From NCBI RefSeq assembly GCF_004010195.1, contig NC_057752.1:14255474-14290893 (forward strand): a stretch of DNA of 35,420 nucleotides, given 5' to 3'. Made by a program: the position numbers and the translations under genes. This document shows positions 33,945-35,420 of the stretch, piece by piece (positions within the stretch are counted from its first letter, which is position 1; each line of letters opens with the position of its first letter). Under the pieces are notes generated by a model, which was given only the letters and a program-made list of their open reading frames with translations, was not told the DNA's origin and did not search any database. Origin of the DNA: Chiloscyllium plagiosum. Lineage: Eukaryota.

Positions 33945-34572
33945 CCGATCGAGGCAACGTTTAGGCTTGGCATATATGCAGCAAGTGAGATTCATGCCAT
34001 ACAAGTGCCAAGCGATGACAGAGAACCGAACAACCTCCCTTGGCATTACCTGCGTCAAATGTTCAACCCTCAACATCACAGGGATCATCAGAACCTGAAC
34101 TGGACCAGCCACATCAATATTTCAGCAACAAGACTCCACTATAGCTGGGCTTTCTGCAGCGAGTAACTCCCCTCCTGACTCCCCAAAATCCTGTCCCACC
34201 ATCTCCAAGGCACCAGTCAGGAGGGTGAGGGAATACTCCCCACTTGCCCCTGGATGGGGGCAGCTCCAACAACACTCAAGAAGCCTGACACCATCCAGGA
34301 CAAAGCAGTCCACTTGATTGGCCCCACATCCACAAACATCCACTCCCTCCCCCCCACCGACGCTCAGTAGCAGCAGTGTGTACCATCTACAAGATGCACT
34401 GCAGGAATTCACCAAAGACCCTCAGACAGCACCTTCCAAACCCACGACCACTTCCATCTAGAAGGACAAGGGCAGCAGGTACATGGGAACGTTACCAGCA
34501 GCAAATGTTACTCGAAAGCACGCAGACCTGACTTGGATCTGCATCATCGTTTGTTCAATGTTGCTTGGGGTT
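33945..34572 (+). mobile_element. Second LINE family, RT C-terminal region
   Basis: Near-identical to 3208-3800. Confidence 0.85.
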
Positions 34573-34636
34573 CAAAAGTATTGAGTCACTGAATGGTCCG
34601 AGCACAGCAAGAGGCTATTCAACTCATTGCAGCCAT

Positions 34637-34867
34637 GATGTGGAGGAGCCGGGGTTGGACTGGGGTGGACAAAGTTAAAAATCACACCACACCAGGTTCT
34701 AGTCCAACAGGTTTATTTGGAAGGACTAGCTTTCAGAGCGCTGCTCCTTCATCAGGTACCTCGTCACTCGCTGCTCCTCCGTCACTAGCTAGGAGGAGCA
34801 GCGCTCTGAAAGCTAGTGCTTCCAAATGAACCTGTTGGACTCGAACCTGGTACTGTGTGATTTTTAA
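34637..34867. mobile_element. Palindromic Penelope family B element
   Basis: Arms about 34676-34756 and 34794-34867 are inverted; about 40 nt extra tail on the left arm only. Confidence 0.8.
34727..34755 (-). ncRNA. Hammerhead motif, family B, core intact
   Basis: CTGATGA-a-ggagc-agc-gctct-GAAA-gc-ta; the first helix II pair is G-U. Confidence 0.65.
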
Positions 34868-34869
34868 TG

Positions 34870-34982
34870 TTAGAACAGAGAACATTACAGCTCAGTACAG
34901 GCCCGTCAGCCCTCGATCTTGCACTGATGTGTGAAACCAATCTGAAGCCCATCTAGCCTCCACTATTCCACTCTCGTCCATG
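34870..34982 (-). mobile_element. CR1 3' terminal fragment
   Basis: Matches about 7990-8100. Confidence 0.8.
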
Positions 34983-35087
34983 TTGTTGACATGATAGCTG
35001 TCTGCATGAGCATTTCAGCTCCTCCCACTGCCCTGTGGCCCAGCAATGTTCCTCTTGTCAGACATTCCTGCAATTCTCAGTTACAGG

Positions 35088-35420
35088 GTCATAGTCATAG
35101 AGATGTACAGCACGGAAACAGACCCTTCGGTCCAACTCATCCATACTGACCAGATATCTCGACCTAATCTAGTCCCATTTGCCAGCACTTGGCCCAGATC
35201 CCTCCAAACCCTTCCTATTCATATACCCATCCAAATGCCTTTAAATGTTGTAATTGTACCAGCCCCCACCACTTCCTCTGGCAGCTCATTCCATACACAC
35301 ACCACCCTCTGTGTGAAAAGGTTGCCCCTTAGGTCCCTTTTATATCTTTCCCCTCTCACCCTAAACCTATGCCCTCTAGTTCTGGACTCCCCCACCCCAG
35401 GGAAAAGACTTTGCCTATTT
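35088..35420 (-). mobile_element. CR1 3' end, runs off the window
   Basis: Matches 13388-13710. Confidence 0.92.

Overview
Repeat-dense vertebrate genomic DNA, very likely from a shark or other elasmobranch (inferred from HE1-type V-SINEs and HER1/CR1 LINEs; species cannot be determined). I recognise no host protein-coding gene. The ORFs I can identify are decayed retroelement fragments, and most others look like antisense or chimeric read-through of repeats. Contents: many 5'-truncated CR1 LINE pieces; a second CR1/L2-group LINE and a SINE sharing its tail; nine HE1-like tRNA-derived SINEs; Rex1-type tails; one good and one possible solo LTR; microsatellites; two assembly gaps; and a decayed Penelope-like element (RT plus GIY-YIG). 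The main finding is about 14 minimal type-I hammerhead-ribozyme motifs or relics (CTGANGA-A-helix II-GAAA-palindrome) in three Penelope terminal-repeat families that show covariation. Several lie in short non-autonomous palindromic (inverted pseudo-LTR) insertions with 14-17 bp target-site duplications, a one-sided tail and variable central filler, one filler being a 1.1 kb CR1+SINE. Unique islands carry promoter/enhancer-like motif clusters and a few unconfirmed candidate exons. Repeat boundaries were read by eye and are approximate.
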